From assembly GCA_963575745.1 (NCBI GenBank), contig CAUYUJ010000137.1, positions 434,001 to 498,000 of the forward strand: DNA of 64,000 nt, in the 5' to 3' direction. Shown here one piece after another: positions 61,630-64,000 of the stretch (its first letter is position 1; each line of letters begins with the position of its first letter). The position numbers and the translations under genes were made by a program. Below the pieces are notes generated by a model, which was not told the DNA's origin, made no database searches, and saw only the letters and a list, made by a program, of their open reading frames with translations. This stretch comes from Prorocentrum cordatum (lineage: Eukaryota).

Positions 61630-61978
61630 TCTGCATTGACAGGAGGGGGCATCGCGCGAGGGGGCTCCGTCGGTCACAGGTCTCTGTGTCCGTGGCCTGC
61701 AAACGAAGACGCAGCCGAGGGTTGGGCTGAGTACGCGAGGCGTCTTACGCGGGGCAGCATGGCGACCTTACGCGGTGGCTTGCGCGAGCGGCCAGCGCGG
61801 CACGCTACATCGGAAACGAGGGCGCTCACGCGCGACCTCGCGCGGGCAGCTTTCGCGCGAATGTCCGCGCAATCGAACCCATGCTTCTGCGTCGCGCACG
61901 TGTACTTCAGGAACTGCCGCTGAAAGGTGCAGGAAAACGGCCACTTAAACTGTTAGAGCAAGCAGCGTTTGAAGACCT

Positions 61979-62124
61979 ACCAAACCACCCCAACCCAACC
62001 CGAAGACCCGACTTTCGGGTTGGTGGGGTACGGGCTTCACAAGTGTTCTTTCAATGTTCTCCGACCACTCCACTGGAAATGGAGGGCAAATCGGAGCCTT
62101 CGGGTTGGGTTGGGGTGGTTTGGT
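61979..62124. repeat. MITE-like foldback with perfect 27-bp TIRs
   Basis: ACCAAACCACCCCAACCCAACCCGAAG and its reverse complement; diverged copy at ~34120-34278 shares CCACTGGAAATGGAGGGCAAATCGG. Confidence 0.82.
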
Positions 62125-62512
62125 GGTCGGTGAGCGTTAGGATCCGACACGACCCGAAGTAACTTCGACGGTCGAGCTCCCGTGCCTGAGTTCCCCGCCT
62201 CCCGCACGGGAGGAACGAGCGCCCTTCGCGGGGCGTGGGGAAGGCTGGATATTGCGTCAAGGGGTCCGTTCGGTGCGCGCGGCTGGAGGGGGAGGGGAAA
62301 ACGCGCCGGCTGGCGGGGCGCGGCGTGGGGGGGAGGGGTTGACCAAAACTCCGCCCACGTGCTTGGCCGAGGAAATCCCACGAGAAAGAAGGCAGGAGGG
62401 AGAAAGAGAGAGAGAGAGAGAAATCCCAAGGGGCGGCGCTCTGGCACCGGCGGCTGACTCAGTGCCTCGGGGGTTTCGAAACAAAAAGGGACTGCATGAT
62501 CATCGCCCCCAA

Positions 62513-62850
62513 TCAATAATTACAATCTGGACTGTAAGTGCTGCCCCCTATCTGGATACCTACAGCGTTCACCGAGTACTTGTAGCAGCTCTTCCCGTCG
62601 AGCGTGCAAGTCTGCAAGACAGTCGGCGTCACTGCGTTGCCACCGATCGTTATGCCAATCGACGCGCCCGCGGGCAACTCACCGCCGTCCGTGCAGGTCG
62701 GCGAACCGCCCGACGTGATGTTGCAGTTGTATTGCAGGATGTTCTCGCACGTCGGCTCCACGCACGTCTCTGGCGGGCCCACGAACGTGGTTACAGGGCA
62801 GCAGCCGTCGTCGCCGAAGTCGGCGAAGGCGATCGGGCACCCGATCTTGC
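62513..62850 (-). CDS. Probable exon of a Cys/Gly/Thr-rich protein of unknown function
   Basis: Pyrimidine tract plus ccag| acceptor at 62851-62852, GC3-rich codons, and KIGCPIAFADFGDDGCCPVTT...CYKYSVNAV. The 3' end is uncertain (possible GT donor near 62558). Confidence 0.55.
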
Positions 62851-63061
62851 CTGGGGGAAGCAAGAGGAAGGCCGAAGAGGGAGGGAAGAGGGAGGGGGGA
62901 GGAGGGGGGAGGAAGGGGCAGGAGGAGGAGGAGGAGAGGGAAGAGGAGGAGGAGGAACAGCAGTTGGGGTCGGAGCAGCTGGGGTCGGAGGATCGCGGGC
63001 CGCATCTGCGCTGCGTCGGAGGATCGCACACTGCATGGACGAAGAAAAGGTGGGTTTATCC

Positions 63062-63147
63062 TGAACACACTGCGTCACCCGCGCACGGGCGGTGCTGGAG
63101 TAGGGACTATAGGCATACCACGACGCGTTCGTAGCAAAGGGGAGCGT
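63062..63147 (-). CDS. Possible upstream exon of the same unknown gene (TLPFATNASWYAYSPYSSTA...)
   Basis: aag| acceptor and protein-like reading; the donor position is ambiguous. Confidence 0.3.
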
Positions 63148-64000
63148 CTTAAGATCAAGAACGGATATTCTTAAACATGAGGCCGACGTACGAAAGCAAA
63201 ACGGCATCGATCAGAAAATGAGGAGGAAAACAAACAAAAACAAACAAACAAACAAACAAACAAACAAACAAACAAAAAAACGCACCCCCCGAACAAGTAC
63301 AGAAAAACTTCCCAAATGGGGTCGGAATAAATGGGGCCCGGGTATCGCGCCGCATCGCCAATACATCGCCGATGCATCGGCGTGGCATCGGCGATGCACG
63401 ATGCATCGTCGACGTGGGCGGTACATCGGCGACGTCGACGTGGAGAACATCGGGCTCCACGTCGAGCCGCGTCGCCGATGCATCGGCAAGGCGGCGAGAT
63501 CCTTCAATCCCCATCTTCTCCGACCACATCTAGGAGGCCTGGATGGTGGGCTCACAGACGTGCCAGGACGCCTCGCCACTGCTTGAGACGCCGCCGGCGC
63601 GTCGGCGGAGAAGCGGGGGCGCTGCGCGGGGCAGCGGGCGCGACCACCGCCGCGCCCCGGAGCGAGGACGGGGAGGGGGAAGGAGGAGGGGGAGGAGGAG
63701 CGAACGTCACCTGAGGGGGCGACGGTCTGGTCAGCCGCGCCGCGGCGCGCCGGCTCACCCCGTCGGATCTGCGGGAAGATGGAGAGCACGGCGCGCGGCG
63801 GCGATGGCGGAAGTCTGCTTGCTGCACGTCATGGGCTGGACGTCATCTCTCGTCAGGTGGCATGCCCTGGCGGCCACGCTGAGGCGCGAGACCGAGTTCG
63901 GGATGCCATTCTCGCCGTCGAAGGGCTCTGACAAGTCACTGACGAGGGGGGCAGGGCGAGGCGCGCGAGAGGGTTGGCACTCAGCCGGCCACGCAGCAGG

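Overview
GC-rich eukaryotic genomic DNA, most likely from a dinoflagellate (inferred from GC/GA splice donors, a GapC1-type GAPDH fragment and methyltransferase-bearing retroelements). The ORF track misses the main host gene: a minus-strand UTP11 (U3 snoRNP/SSU processome protein) that I assembled by hand from 13 exons of 25-78 nt, 657 coding nt spread over 1638-50695. Its 12 introns have 6 GC-AG, 5 GA-AG and 1 GT-AG boundaries, and about 45 N-terminal residues were not found in the window. Two Ty1/copia-order LTR retrotransposons are present. Element 1 (3109-12735, minus strand) is young and nearly intact, sits in the last UTP11 intron, and has 211-bp LTRs with 2 mismatches and a 4-bp TSD. 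Element 2 (54108-61629, plus strand) is older and decayed. Both carry a C5 cytosine-methyltransferase-like domain between protease and integrase. Element 1 also has a 268-codon alternative-frame ORF with a Cys/His motif overprinted inside pol. The rest of the window holds a decayed LINE RT fragment, a GAPDH pseudogene fragment, several MITE/foldback families (one with 8-bp TSDs, one with TA TSDs), three satellites (one with higher-order structure), microsatellites, and a probable Cys-rich exon of another gene near 62.5-63.1 kb. All assignments come from reading motifs by eye; no database searches were run.
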